A stretch of DNA of 64,000 bases from Octopus bimaculoides (Eukaryota). Location: contig NC_068985.1 of assembly GCF_001194135.2 (NCBI RefSeq), forward strand, positions 21,973,425-22,037,424, in the 5' to 3' direction. The notes under the pieces are model-generated. The model was not told where the DNA came from. It did not search any database and was given only the letters and a program-made list of their open reading frames with translations. Below are positions 1-13,700 of the stretch, piece after piece. Position numbers and translations under genes: made by a program. The stretch's first letter is position 1; every line of letters begins with the position of its first letter.

Positions 1-187
1 GCACATGTGCATATATATATGCACATGTGCATATATATATATGCACATGTGCATATATATATGCACATGTGCATATATATATATACACATATGCATATAT
101 ATATATACACATATGCATATATATATATATACACATATGCATATATATATATATACACATATATATATATATACACATATGCATATA
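1..187. repeat. Minisatellite of GCACATGTGC(AT)n units grading into ACACATATGC(AT)n
   Basis: Directly visible tandem units of 20-24 bp. Confidence 0.95.
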
Positions 188-189
188 TG

Positions 190-516
190 GATACAGGATG
201 TCACCAACAGTAAACAACATGAAATATGAAAACAAATGTTTGATATGCAAACAATTAGAGAAACGAATGGAAAACAGGACAAGTAACACAAAGAACGACC
301 CTTCATCAGTTGTAAGCTGTCTGTCCACTCCTCATTTTGAGCACTGAACGACAATATGAGTCTTCGAAGACAATTACTCCCAAAAGTACCAAACTAAAAT
401 TTGGGATTTATGGAGGGTCAAAGTTGGGAACAAAAACAGGACAGTGGAGAAATTCAAAGAAACCGAATGAAAGCAAACATGGAGGGTCGTTAGACCAGAA
501 TGAGGGTAAAATAACA

Positions 517-520
<4 letters not shown>
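190..520. repeat. Unclassified dispersed-repeat-like segment with internal direct and inverted motifs
   Basis: AACGACCCTTCAT (294-306) is inverted at 479-491 (12/13). ATGGAGGGTC and AAAACAGGACA each occur twice. Bounded by TA-rich microsatellites. Confidence 0.45.
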
Positions 521-571
<51 letters not shown>

Positions 572-3009
572 CATTGGAGCTCAATACAGTCCTTGGACAC
601 ATTGGTTTCTGTCAAGCCATCCAACCCATGCCAGCATGGAACATGGATATATGTATATATAAATTTTGAAACCATTTTACTATTTTTCAAACTGAAAACA
701 AGCTTGCAGAGATGGATAGTTAAGAACTTATCTATACTCTACTGCTCACCTTTAATGTAAGCCTTTGACAAATGAATTAAATGTTTATATGTTTAATTTT
801 GATTTGTAGAAAGTTATATGATAATGGAATACTAGTGAACAGCACATTGTTGCAATACTTGTTAAATTGTAAAGTTAAATCCATAATACAGGGCAGCAAA
901 ATGGCAGAATTATTAAAGCATTGAAGAAAATGCCTTGCAGTATTTATTCCAGCTCTTTATGTTCAGAATTCAGATTCTATAGAAGTCAGCTTTGCATTTT
1001 ATCCGTCTGAGGCTGATAGAATAAATAAAGTACCAGTCAAGTACTGAGATCGATTTAATTGACTAATTCCTCTTCCCAAATTTGTGGCTTTGTGCCTATG
1101 TTAGAAATTATTATGAAGTTAATATATAAAATGAAACAGATTGTTTTACACCCATTTTCACTTGTCAACATAGATGAGATAGAAACTAATCCTTATGTTT
1201 AACCTAAATTTTCTCAAGTGCTAAGTGAATGGCATAAAATCTTGTCTTTGAATAGGAAGCTGGCCCATCACCTTTTACCTGACATTAGACTGCAGCCATG
1301 CTGGGGCACTGCCTCCAAAATTTTTTAGTCAAATGAATTGACCCCCAGGACTTGTTTTTTAAAGCCTGGTACTTATTCACATGCACAAATATATACACAA
1401 CAGGCTTCTTTCAATTTCTGTCTACCAAATCCATTCTCAAGGCTATAGTAGAAGATACTTGCCCAAGGCACCATGAAATGGGACTGAACCCAGAACCATA
1501 TTTTGTTGGTAAGCAAACTTCTTCCTACACAATCACCCCTGCACCTATCATATGTGGCTTTCCTACAGGAGAAGTTGAACTTTGCATGCAACAAGTATTC
1601 AGAAATGTTACTGTCTTCAGTGGTGAATTATAAACACCCACTGTACTTACTGCTTATTTTGTTTAGAGTTTTTAGGAGCCAATGAGGGAAGCCTGTACAT
1701 GATTGTTTGGCATGCGATAAAATAGCAGCGAAATCGCCCTCACATCACACTTTATAATCTTTTGTAAAGAAGTTGTTAGCTAGGTAAACAAAACACACAC
1801 ACACACATATATATATAGAGAGAGAGAGAGAAAGAAAAACAGAGATGAGCTTCCACACAGTTTCCATCTATGAAATTTGCTCACAAGGTATTGATCAGCC
1901 TTGAGCTATAGCAGAAGGCACTTGCCCAAGACACTGTGCAATGAGATTGAACTCAGAACAATGCAGTTACAAAGAGAGCTTCTTCACTTACACTGTTATG
2001 TCTGCATCTATGGTCACAATTTAAAAAATTCAATTTGAAGAAACAGGTCAATGCCCACTGACTGTATAAATTCTCTCCCATGGGTGCAACAGGAAAGTAA
2101 TGGGTTCCATCTGGCTAACTTGCCCTAAATACATAAAGATGACTGATTTGAGGGAGGAGCATCATGAATTTTATATCTTTTATCTGGCACACTTTGGAAG
2201 ATTTATATGTATCTCAAAATGGTAGCATCTAAACCTGGTAAGATATCTTCTAAATATCCTTGACACTCGAGTAATTCTCATGGTAGTTAGGAAATCATCA
2301 CTTTATATACTAATTGTACAGAATCTACAATGATAAATGCCAGTAAAGTTGATATAGGCATTGGTATCTTCATAAAGCCATCCCTGTTTATCAGTACAAA
2401 TAAAATATGACTTTAGCTAGATATCAGCAGACAGACTTCTATCCAGTTTATGTCAGCATAGAAAACACATTAAAACAATAAAGAAGCTTGGAATTAATAG
2501 GATGCCATATATCTGCACTGAGTTGCTTTTTATTGACAATTATACAGGATAATTTGACAGTAATGAAAATATGAAATATCTCAGTCATATATCGATCAGA
2601 TCTGCACTTTATATTTCTGTTGTTTGATGTTTTTCATGTGAGTGAGATGATTTTTGTAAATTTGAATGCATAGAGCAAGAGGTTTTTTTTTTCTGTTACC
2701 AGGAGTCCAGCACCTTACTAACGTCATCTCATTTCTAGAGAAATTATCAAATCATAACGAAATCAGACAAACTGCATGGGGTGCTCCTATAACATGCAAT
2801 CTTTGGATGTAAATATTATTGTATATGATTTAGTTGCTAACATTTGCTGATGTGATGTAGTAAAGAATGGGAAAGAAAAGAGGTCTAGTGGGATGCTTAT
2901 CTGTTGCATCATGGTCTAGGGGACTGGTATGAGGTGCCATTTTTTTTTGGGGGGGGGTTCTATGGAGCTTGATATGGTGTTTACCTTGAAAGTTGTAATA
3001 AATGGACTA

Positions 3010-3225
3010 AAGGTGGCATGCTAGCAGAAAGGTTAACACGCCAGGCAAAATGCTTAGCAGTATTTCATGTCTTCACATTCTGAGTTCAAATTCCACTGAG
3101 GTTGACTTTGCCTTTCATCCTTTTGGGGTCAATAAATTAAGTACCAGTTGTGTACTGAGGTCAATCTAATCGACTGCCCCCATCCCCCAAAATTTCGGGC
3201 CTTGTGCCTAGAGTAGAAAAGAATA
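3010..3225 (+). mobile_element. tRNA-derived SINE, same central domain
   Basis: Head and central domain align with the 9.5 kb copy. Further copies at about 890-1110, 18040-18175, 23640-23770, 29070-29250, 52630-52950. Confidence 0.85.
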
Positions 3226-3237
3226 AATGGACTAAAC

Positions 3238-3610
3238 CAGTGGTTCTCAACTATTTTTTGCCTATAGACCCCTTTGATTTCTATTTTACTCTGTGGGACT
3301 TTCATGTTATAAAAAAAATTGTATTCTATTTTGCGTATTGTTGAAATGAGTACCTGTTGGGCACTGGTGGGGTGGGGGGGTCGATGTAATCAACTTACCT
3401 CCTCCCATGAAACAGCTGGCCTTGTACCAAAATTTTGAATCTATTATTAATTTATGTTGTACATAGCTACTGTACTACTTTCTTGCATCTAAAGTGTATA
3501 TATACATGCAAACACCCTACATATCGCCTATATATATATATAACAAAAGCTTATATAGACTGCACCCCTCTTTCCCCAAGGGTCATATGGACCCTGGTTG
3601 AGAATCACTG
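3238..3610. mobile_element. hAT (Charlie/Buster-type) MITE
   Basis: Termini CAGTGGTTCTCAAC and GTTGAGAATCACTG; 8-bp flanks GACTAAAC and GTCTAAAC; contains a SINE fragment. Confidence 0.8.
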
Positions 3611-5149
3611 GTCTAAACCTTACATTATGGACTGCAAAAATTCCTACCTTCCATTTATATCCTCACATTTATGGCAATTAGGAAACAAATTTCAGCAACT
3701 GCAAAACTCATTAAGCTATGTTTTTGCTTTCTTTTAATAATCTAATTACTTGCTTGCTTGAACTGTTTCTGTAGAACTTTCTAGAAACTGTATAGTACAG
3801 GTTAAAAAATTTCTGCCATGAATATTTTTGAATTCTTAACTGGGTTCTTGATTGTTATAAGAAAAATGTATAAAGTGTGTGTAGTTAAAGTGCAAGGCAC
3901 TGTGCTAGAGGTTTATATCTTATACAAGATTCTTGGCTAAAACATTCTAATTACTTGGTTAAAAAAAGAAAAATGTATTTCAAGTCTATTTATGGAATTA
4001 TCTTGTAGAAGATATGTGTATTATCTAGGGACATATATATATATGTTATTTAAAGAAATATGTTCTAGTTTTGTGTGCTGAGTTTAACCAATCGCATGTC
4101 CCAGTTCCATTCTTTAACAGAGAACCACAAAGAATATGCAAAATCTTCAAATTATATGTGTATATATCAAAATAGCTACATGACTGTCAATTATTTTAAT
4201 TAGGAGCACTTGAGGGACAATAAATATTCTTTCAAGGAGCCTATTGTAATGTATACACATTAATTATATGGTGGCACCCATCAACTGATGGAAGGATATT
4301 GTTTGGTGTTGACAGAAATGTAAAAGAAAATCCATTGATTTATGGAATTTCAGATCCATAAGAAGTTAAAATTTTCAGTTTTGATTAATGTAGATGTGGA
4401 AGGGTTTACTAATAAAAATTCATTTTGTTAAGCACAAGATATTTCAGTTCTAGAGTTTTAAAATGCACACTTAAAATAGTGTAGGAAAATCATTAACAGA
4501 AGTAGTTTACGAATATTATAAAATTTCAAATTGAAATCATAAAACATTTTGTGATTTTAATTTTAAAATTTTGATTTGAAAGGAAAATAGTCAATTCTAA
4601 TTCTGGTTATTATATTACTTCTACAAAACATCACGAAGAAATCTCGTGTCAAATTGGTATTTATTCAAATTCAAATCAATACAATCAGCAACATACAAAC
4701 AAACATACACAGAATTGTCATGTATATATGATGAGTGCTGACAAATATAGAATATACATCACAACAGCTAATCCAAAAATTCTAAATAAATTCTATTCAG
4801 AATTTTAATTGGGTAAATAGCATATTTTAGAATTCATATCAGTAGAATGTTATTGTGATATATGCACTGACATGCATGCAAAGAATTCAAATATTTAGTT
4901 CAGGACTGAAAGATACAAAGACACTCTTCTCTGCTAAACCACTACAGGAATAACGCAATAATTAGCCTTATTTTCAAAAGAATTTACAAGATGAACATTC
5001 TATATTGAAAAATCCCAACCAATATCTCTGGATCTTTTCAAAACTTGCCACTTTTACCCAATGTAATTATCAAAAAGTAATTTTTGAAACTGTGAGTTAC
5101 AAACAGTTGATGAAAGCTTGAATTGTATCTAATTGTCGAACCTTTTATA

Positions 5150-6390
5150 TTAAACCCAGCAAAATGACCGGTGGGAATTTAAGGCAGGAGGTATTTATTA
5201 ATTGGCTATTTTCTATAGAGAAATTACTGGCTAGCATGCAAATAGTTAGTCCAAGACAATGCCGAAAGGTCAAGTAAGGAAAAAATTGATGCTGGACACC
5301 TTAATATATTCCCTGAGCAGAAATACATCACATTCCAAAGGTAGGAAAATTAAGATGTGGGAGAATCAGTTGTCGTGACTAACATTCCTGAGAAGAAAAT
5401 ATTAGGAAGAGAAAAGGACACGTAAATGCTCATCCAGTGTCAATGACATATCACTCTGGGTTATCAGGCGTCAATTATATGGCACTGCACCAACAGCTGT
5501 CATACTTAGCAGCAGAAGCATGTTCCTTGAAGAGAAAATAAAAAAAGAACCTAGAAATGCTAGTAGACTGACACCAGCCAATTATATTATTTAATGTCTC
5601 ATAATTCATTACTTGAGTGTAAGGTGGCGCCTTCATTCTCATTAACTATCAAGTGGCTCTGATAGGGAAGAAATATCATTAACAGTAAGAAAAAGAAGTT
5701 TCAAAAACATAGAAGGTTAACACTATGAAGCTGGAAGGAGCCAGGAGCTGTAACACAAATAGAGTTGTACACCAATATTGTAGGTATCATTAAGAAGATA
5801 ACAGAAACAGCATATAAGAGAAACATATTGCCACAGGGAAGATTCTTCTTCATACAATAGCAGCATATGTTTAAGAAAGATTTGGGAAAATTGGCAGGTG
5901 AAGAAAGCAGAATTCTTTGTAATTAGGTGAAGAATCATATGAAAATGGAATGGGCTTCTGTCCAACTGTTATATACAATAAAACCACATGCATTATGGAA
6001 TTTTTTTTCAGTTGGTCATGTTTTATAAGTATACTTTCTTTCACTGCTATCTTTTGTGAACCAGAAGAATATTTAATGTGCTTATTTAAGAAGCAACCAA
6101 TCTAAATATTGTGCCCAAAGCACAAACTGCAATAATACATAGATAATAATAATAATACTAATAATAGAGTGCCTGCTAAAAGAAATTTCAATCCCAGTAG
6201 AGGAAAGCCTTTATCTGAAAGAGAGAAACTAAGTACAAAGGAATAGAAATAAATGGTATATGGAGACTGAAATCTCAACAGATCCCAGTAATAGTGCACC
6301 AGTAGGCCAAATAAAAACCAGTACAAATAAACATGATCACAAGATATTCACGTTACATCAAATATAAAAAATATAGAAGCATTATAATAA
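5150..6390 (+). mobile_element. R4/Dong-like non-LTR relic with restriction-like endonuclease (RLE) C-terminus
   Basis: At 6165-6390, CLLKEISIPVEE..LKER..YKGIEI.GIWRLKSQQIPVIV matches the RLE motif CxLIDxSIP...KExEKxxKYxDL..EI.RMW.LK...IPxIVGALG across frameshifts. Upstream pieces (EEKIKKE, IVGIIKK) are weaker and the 5' boundary is uncertain. Confidence 0.6.
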
Positions 6391-6404
6391 AATTATATAT
6401 AGGC

Positions 6405-6433
6405 ACATGTGTATATATGTGTATATGTATGTA

Positions 6434-6528
<95 letters not shown>

Positions 6529-6530
6529 GG
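6405..6530. repeat. Compound (TA)n(CA)n microsatellite, representative of many in the window
   Basis: Directly visible. Other major tracts near 8480-8620, 17560-17765, 20125-20175 (CTTT), 24250-24380, 24955-25050, 28100-28200, 37850-38060, 55245-55415, 59995-60050, 60475-60670. Confidence 0.95.
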
Positions 6531-7622
6531 CATTATCATCAATTAATATTTGTTTCCAATGTAAGTCTGTTTTATATATATATGTGCATGTATGTGTGAA
6601 ATAATACAGGTTTGTGTCTGGATAGATCATAGGTTAAATGAGCACTCAAGTCAAGTGTTAGGTAGGGTGTTTGTATGTACACACACACATGCACGTGCAC
6701 ACACACAGACTGAATTATTCTGTATACACTTTAGGTGCAAGAAGGTAACACAGTAGATATGTACAACATAAATTATTAATGATAATAATCATGTGACTGA
6801 AATGTTTGCTCATAACTATGTGGTTCCAGTTTCAATACTACAGGTAAGCACTTTGGACAAGTGTCTTCTGCCAATGTTTCAGGTTGATCAATAACCTTGT
6901 AAATGGAATTTGGTAAACAGAAACTGGAATTTTGTCATATGCATGGGCGTGTGGAGTATATCAATGAAAGACATAAGTATTACCAAAAAAGAAAAAAAAT
7001 GAAAAAGACCACAGCAAGAAAGAAAAAAAAAACCCTGAAACAGCAATTTTCTTCAAGCGATGTCTCCTGTGATATTTCTTCTATATTGAATTGTTGAGAT
7101 ATAATCTTGTCACACTCAGTATTAGAAATGACCTGACCTGAATGGAAAGCTTGTCACTAACCATGCTACAGTTTACCAATTGTGATATAATGTTAAAAAA
7201 TAAAAAGTTATTTACCATTAGCTTCCAGTAGTTATGACTTACAGAATATAAATATGATCATTCGAAAACAAATGATGATTTCTATGATTGGCATGAGTTT
7301 ACATAGATTTATACTGGAGAGCCACAGTCAATTGAAATTACCTCAGTACTTTTCTGGCATTTATTAATATTGGAAAGGGGAAAAATACATCTAGGTAGAT
7401 TTTGAATTCAGAATGTAAGTAATAAAATGATGATGATGATGACTATCTTTTTCTTTTTATTATCATGTGAGCAACAGATAAAGGGACATTATAGGAGCAA
7501 GTTTAAAAAAGTGGGTTTACAAGGAAATCAAATGAATAAAACAACAAACATTTTTTTAAATGGTATTTGTTGTATACAAATGTGTGATAAGGTCTCCAGA
7601 GAGGAAGATCTCCCTGATACGA

Positions 7623-7880
7623 TTATGCCCAATCAATGCACACTACTGTTCCTGGATTATTATAACTAGCAAAGGTAAGTGCTGTCTCCAGCTTATATCT
7701 TCTGACATAGCTGTGCATGCTGAGTGTAGGCTTGCCTATTCAGTTAAGCTCTGGTTATCATTCTCAGATCTCAACAAATTTACTGGAGGGAAGCACCAAT
7801 CTCCATTTTCATCTTCCTCTCCAGCTGGGATTTGAAAAACTTATTTAGAGCTTGGTGAATGTGTACTAACCGCTGTATGT
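7623..7880 (-). CDS. Candidate two terminal exons (7880-7784 and 7665-7623), product unknown
   Basis: Phase-compatible join across a 118-nt GT-AG intron gives DIQRLVHIHQALNKFFKSQLERKMKMEIGASLHYNNPGTVVCIDWA*; minus-strand AATAAA at 7456-7461. Confidence 0.25.
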
Positions 7881-8535
7881 CTTTGCAACAAAATTGCTTG
7901 GATAGTAGTAACACTGTAGAGCCATGTGGCTTGGTGGTTGGGGTGTTGCACTCACCATTGTAAGATTGTGGTTTCAATTCTTGGACTGGGTGATGTATTA
8001 TATTCTTGAGCAAAACATTTTATTTCATACTGCTTCAGTCCACTCAGCTAGAAAAAATGCGTGATTCTGCAACAGACTGGTGTCCCATCCAGGGTGGTGA
8101 CTATATACACCATAGAATCCAGAAAGCTGACTGTTGATCCCCCACCACTTTTTTTTTTTTGAGTAGTAATATTAGTTTATGTCCTGCAGTTTGATGGTTT
8201 GATGTATGAATGATCAGTGAATACAGTCAGTACCTTACTTGAAAACAAGAAATGGTTGGTATTAGGAAGGGCAACCAGCTGAAGAAACCATGACAAAGCT
8301 GATACCAGAGTACAATGCAGCCTTCGGATTCTGCCAAACTGTTTAGCCTGTGCCAGCATGGAACATGGATTTTAAATCAAGGTGGTGATGATGATGATGG
8401 TGACGATGATGAAGATGATATTATTATTAAACTAACACTTGACCACTTAGTAGAGTTTATCACAAATGCCATTTACAAGCACACACACACACGTTTGTGT
8501 GTATGTATGTATGTATGTATGTATGTATGTATGTA

Positions 8536-8624
<89 letters not shown>

Positions 8625-9498
8625 TATACAGATGTTTGTATAATATGCTTGATATGTTCCTATTCATAGTTGAATTTGATTTGCATAAGTAGCTGGATAA
8701 TAGCTTAACAAATAAAGAAGTATTTTTAATTTATTCAAAAAAAATTAAAATTGATTTTTATACATGGGAGAATATATGATAATATTAAATGCATATTAAT
8801 CATAATATTGATTTGATTATATATTAAATTTATTCTGAGCAACATGTAGTAAATATTAAATATCTGAAAGATTCGGGAAATTTCTTGGCTATGAAAATGA
8901 TTTTCAAAGTTTATGCATTACACATATCAGTTAATTTCATTGTTAAATAATTAATGCTAAATATGCAAGTTATTTTCGTATGCATATATATAAATATGTA
9001 TATGTTTGTGAGCATCTACTAATATATAATCAAACATTCAAACCCATTTCTATATTTGAATATATATCAATATACAAGTGTGTGTGTGTGTGTGAATCAA
9101 TACCACTTAAATTCATTGATTAAACATACTGTATTCATCTTCATATAAAGCTTGTGATATTTTTCTTTACACTAATGATAATGATGATTAGCATTCTCAT
9201 CATCATTTTTATGTCCACTTTTTCCATGCTAGCATGGGTTGGATGAAACTTCTTGAGACAGTATTGTGTGGTTAGATGCACTGCCCAACATCAATCTTTA
9301 CTTATTTTCACTGGTCTTTTGTATATGAAACCACCAAAATTTAGGACACAAAAAAATGTTACTATCACCCAAGAAATTTTATTGCAAAGATATGCTAAGA
9401 TAAGCACACACACATGAATGTACCAACCACCTAAGGCTCTTTTACCCACAAGAGAAGCTACAGGAGGAAAGCCTACACTTCTTATTTCTTTTTTTTAA

Positions 9499-9718
9499 TT
9501 TCTTTATTTCCCACAAGGGGCTAAACATAGACGGAACAAACAAGGACAGACAAAGGGATTAAGTCGATTACATCGACCCCAGTGCAACTGGTACTTAATT
9601 TATCGACCCCGAAAGGATGAAAGGCAAAGTCGACCTCGGCGGAATTTGAACTCAGAACATAGCAGCAGACGAAATACCGCTAAGCATTTCGCCCGGCGTG
9701 CTAACGTTTCTGCCAGCC
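9499..9718 (-). mobile_element. tRNA-derived SINE, young copy (central domain GACTTTGCCTTTCATCCTTTCGGGGTCGATAAATTAAGTACC)
   Basis: A-box-like TGGCAGAAACG, B-box-like GAGTTCAAATTCC, CpGs retained, A-rich tail. Confidence 0.85.
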
Positions 9719-10444
9719 TACACTTCTGCCAACCCTACAACCTTGACAACAACAACAGAAATAACAAAACTAACAATAGCAGAACAAAAATAGCTGTAAA
9801 GACCAATAGCACAACTCATAAGAGCATTTTTTCACAATCACCACAATGAAAAAACCCTTCCACTACCACCTTACCTCAACTATTCCACCAAAATACAAAC
9901 TCACACACATCTATCTGCTGCAGATTTCTCTGATTCCAAGACCTCAACATGTGACCGAATTTCAATAAACTGATGTCAGACACCATGGGGGGTGGGGGGT
10001 GAAGCGATCAGCACCATTCTAAGGGAATATGGGTAGTGAAAGGAGCAAACATTAACTCAAATTAATAGGCTTATTGCTTGGCACCTGGAGAACTAAATAG
10101 ATGCCATCAGCCGGTATTGTACGGTACGGGATTGACTATTTAAGTTACTTGGGGTTTGATTTAGACTGGACCTCTAAGTGGATAGGAACAGAGATGAAAT
10201 TATAAGCAGAGTGGCCAATACCACTCAAAAACAAAGAGGAAGAAAATTGGGTGAGTACCCTTACATGACAGAAAAGAAAGTGGCCAGCAAGCCTCTACAG
10301 AGAATAGAACCCTGTACCTCTCAAATTCTAGCTACAATTTACCCGATTTTCTAAGCTGTCTTCACAGCTATCCTGCAATTGAGAATTCCTTTATTTTCTG
10401 CAGAATGAATATATATATGCACACGCATATACGTAGATAGTTAG

Positions 10445-10477
<33 letters not shown>

Positions 10478-10960
10478 TAGATATGAAACTAACTCTTGAC
10501 CACTGAGTACCACTTGCCACAAACATAAATGAACCTTACTGAGTCTATATTGATATGCAAAAATGAATATATTTTCTTACAAACATTCAAAGCAATGAAC
10601 GACTAGGATCCAAAAAAATGATTTGTGGTTGTTAGTATCAAAATTAATTGATTAATGGTTCATTAATTTTTTTTTTTAATGCTAGTAAAGGTTGGAAAGT
10701 CTTAAGTAAATTGTTTACTAACTGAACACAACCATTAGAAAGGAAATGAATGCTAAAAGAAATTATTTAATGCAAAAATCTATTTATTTTAAGAAATTTT
10801 TTAAAAGTTTTATTTCATTAGCTTTTAATTTCAATTATTCATTTCTAAAATTTCAATTGCTGTTGAGATAATCCTCAGGAATAATGTTAAAAGAATTTAC
10901 CATTGTTGTAAAGAAATCTTTAGACTTTAACATTTATTTTATTCTATACTGTGTTGAATT

Positions 10961-11355
10961 GGTGCAGGTGTGGCTGTGTGAGTAAGAAGCTTGCTTCCCA
11001 ACCATGTAGTCTTGGGTTCAGCCCTGCTGTGCAGCACCTTGAACAAGTATCATCTACTGTAGCCCTGGGCTGATCAAAACCTTGGGAGTGAATATGGGAA
11101 ATGGAAACTGAAAGAACCCCACCATGTGTGCGTATGCATGCACACGTCTGTGTGTATGCATATGTATGCGTGTATCTTTGTGTTATGTCTCTTCCCAACC
11201 ATTGCTTGCTTGACAATTGGTATTAGTTTGTTTACATTTCTGTACTTTAGTAGTTTGGCAAAAGAGACAGATAGAATAAATGCCAGACTTTAAAAATAAG
11301 TACAGGTTGGTGATTTGTTTAACTAAATCCTTCAAGGTAGTGCCCCACCATGAAT
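10961..11355 (+). mobile_element. tRNA-derived CORE-type SINE (OR-like)
   Basis: tRNA-like head followed by GCACCTTG(G/A)(G/A)CAAGT..CT.CT core-like block. Related copies at about 1290-1550, 1840-2005, 6770-6935, 14990-15150, 17380-17535, 20400-20530, 26327-26554, 29585-29700. Confidence 0.75.
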
Positions 11356-11363
11356 GAGACAAG

Positions 11364-11437
11364 TCCCAGATGCATTTCTAGCTCTTTAGCCATTATCACT
11401 GATAACAGCTAAAGAGCTAGAAACACTGTATCTGGGA
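11364..11437 (+). other. 74-nt near-perfect hairpin
   Basis: 11 bp, a 3-nt bulge, 16 perfect bp, a 2x2 internal loop, then TTATC/GATAA. Confidence 0.7.
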
Positions 11438-13301
11438 ATCTGACAGGGGGCAGCACTGGGAAGATATCGTGATTTCATATCTTTTACCATAAGGGAGAAT
11501 TTTTCTTCCATGGTGTATGTGTGTTATTGTTTCCTTGTTTTGACATCTTGTGATAGTTGTAAATGAATGTTACCATCATACAAGTCACGTCCTTCATTTC
11601 CAATATTCTGTGAAAACATGTCTAGTTATGGAAAATATCAAAGAATATACCTTTCTTGGAATCAGGTGAGAGTTGGCAAAAGAAGGGCATCTGACTGTAG
11701 AAAATTTGCCTCAACAAATTACATCTAACCCAAGCAAGCATGAAAAAGTGGTCATTAAATTGAGAAGGATAATTTGGCCATAATTAGAAAATAAGTAATA
11801 ATCTATCATAGATGACTAATTTAGCTGTGATAGGGAAATTAAATTTCTTACATTTAAGATAAATAAAGGTAGCTAATATAGAAAAGATTAAAAAAAACAA
11901 AAAAGAGACCATATGCTTGAAAACTTTAACAAATAAACAATTTTTAAAGCTAAAACCAGATAACTTTGTTAACAAAATACTTTTATTTAAGTGTGAAAAA
12001 TAACTATTTAATGATTGATTATTAATGATAGTGTGGCTATGTGGTTAAGAAACCTGTACCAAAGCCTTGGGCTGACCAAAATCTTGTGAGTGGATTTAGT
12101 AGATGGAAACTGAAAGTATATGTATAAATATGTGTGTGTGAGTGTGTGTATAGCTTGACATCACATGATGGTTGTAAAGGAACACCACCATCATAGAAGT
12201 AATATTGTTTGCCTCCAATCTTCTAAGAAAAACATGCCTGGCCATGGGGAAATATCACCTTACTTGGAAACAGGTGAGAGTTGTGATAGGAAAGGCATCT
12301 GCTCCTAGAAAATCTGCCTCAATAAATTGCATCTGACCTATGCAAGCATGGAAAAATAGATGTTTAATAACAATGATGATAATAATAAGATACAAATGTT
12401 TTGTCTTTTTACATTTAGTTTTTGTTTTCCTACACAACAACTGTATTTTCAAAATGTTCAAATTAAATAATAAAGAAAATATAATAGCAAATATTTTGTC
12501 TGTAAGCACGAAACAAGTTTGCAAACAGATATCATCATCATCAAAGCGGTGTCCTTTGTTTACAATTTTCCATGATAATATGTCTGGCCAGTGGGAATAT
12601 ATTACATTACTGAGAAACAAGTAAGAGATGGTGACAGGAAAACCATAGAAAATTTACCTTAATGAATTCCATTGGAGCCATGTAAGCATGGAAAAGTGGA
12701 TGTTAAAAGGAAGATGATGATGATGTTGATGATAACAGGCTAGACTATATTGAATAGATGTCAAACACACACACTCAGGTCAGCTACTCTGTTCATTTAG
12801 TCAAGCTTTAATACTTTTCTGTTGTAGTGATCCATCAGTGAATCACAAGAAAGGTTCAAAGATATTCTCTGTTGTTGATATGAAGTAGATATTAAGCTGT
12901 CAAGTTTCCAAGTCAATAAGTCAGCTACTGCTAAAACTGCAAGCAAGCCATCTACTAGAATTTATACGCAAGTTGGTAACAGGAATACAATATTACAAGG
13001 TGGCTCAGAAATCTAGGTCATTTTATAGATGGATTAGATGTTGAACAAATAAAAAAAAAATGGGGAAAAAAGGTGATTGAAAAGCACTAATTACAAATAG
13101 CTAAAAGGATGCTGGAATCCAAATATTTGAAAAATGTTTATAATTAATTTAAGTGTTTCACTAGGTCAGTAGATAATATTGTAATAAAAATATTAGTAAT
13201 AGTATCTACAACAATTATGATTATTATATTTATTGCTGTTTTTTTATTATTTTTATCAGTATAATTATCATCATCATCATCACAAATTTGGTAAATATGT
13301 T

Positions 13302-13700
13302 AAAAGGTGCAGTGATTGAGAAGTTTGCTTCCCAACCACATGGTTTTAGGTTCAGCACCACTTCATAGCACCTTGGGCAAGTGCCTTCTGCTACTGCCCT
13401 GGGCTGACCAATATCTTGCAAGTGGATATGGAAAATGGAAGACGCTTGTCATGTGTGAGTGTGTGTCTCCTTGTTTTGACATCACATGATAGATGTAAAT
13501 GATGGTCACTCTCATACAAATGGTGTCTTTTGTTACCAATTTTGTGTGAAAACATGTCTGGCCAGTGTGAAATATTACATTACTTGGAAATAGCTGAGAG
13601 CTATCAACAGGAAGGGCATCTGACTGTAGAAAATTAACCTCACTGAATTCCATGCAACTCATGCAAGCATGGAAAAGTGGATGTTAAAATGATGATGATT
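13302..13700 (+). mobile_element. CORE-type SINE ending in an RTE-like 3' tail
   Basis: Head and core followed by GGAAGGGCATC...CATGCAAGCATGGAAAAGTGGATGTTAAAATGATGATGAT. Similar copies at about 11510-11770, 12030-12380, 12510-12730, 58815-59135. Confidence 0.75.

Noticed and set aside
2330-2600. Possible CR1/L2 RT remnant; similar faint RTE hints near 10100-10260, 20230-20360 and 58250-58440
   Set aside because: Too degraded to support by eye.
12925-12950. GPCR TM2-like LAVADLL motif
   Set aside because: The following residues are not hydrophobic enough for a transmembrane helix and no other TM segments are found.
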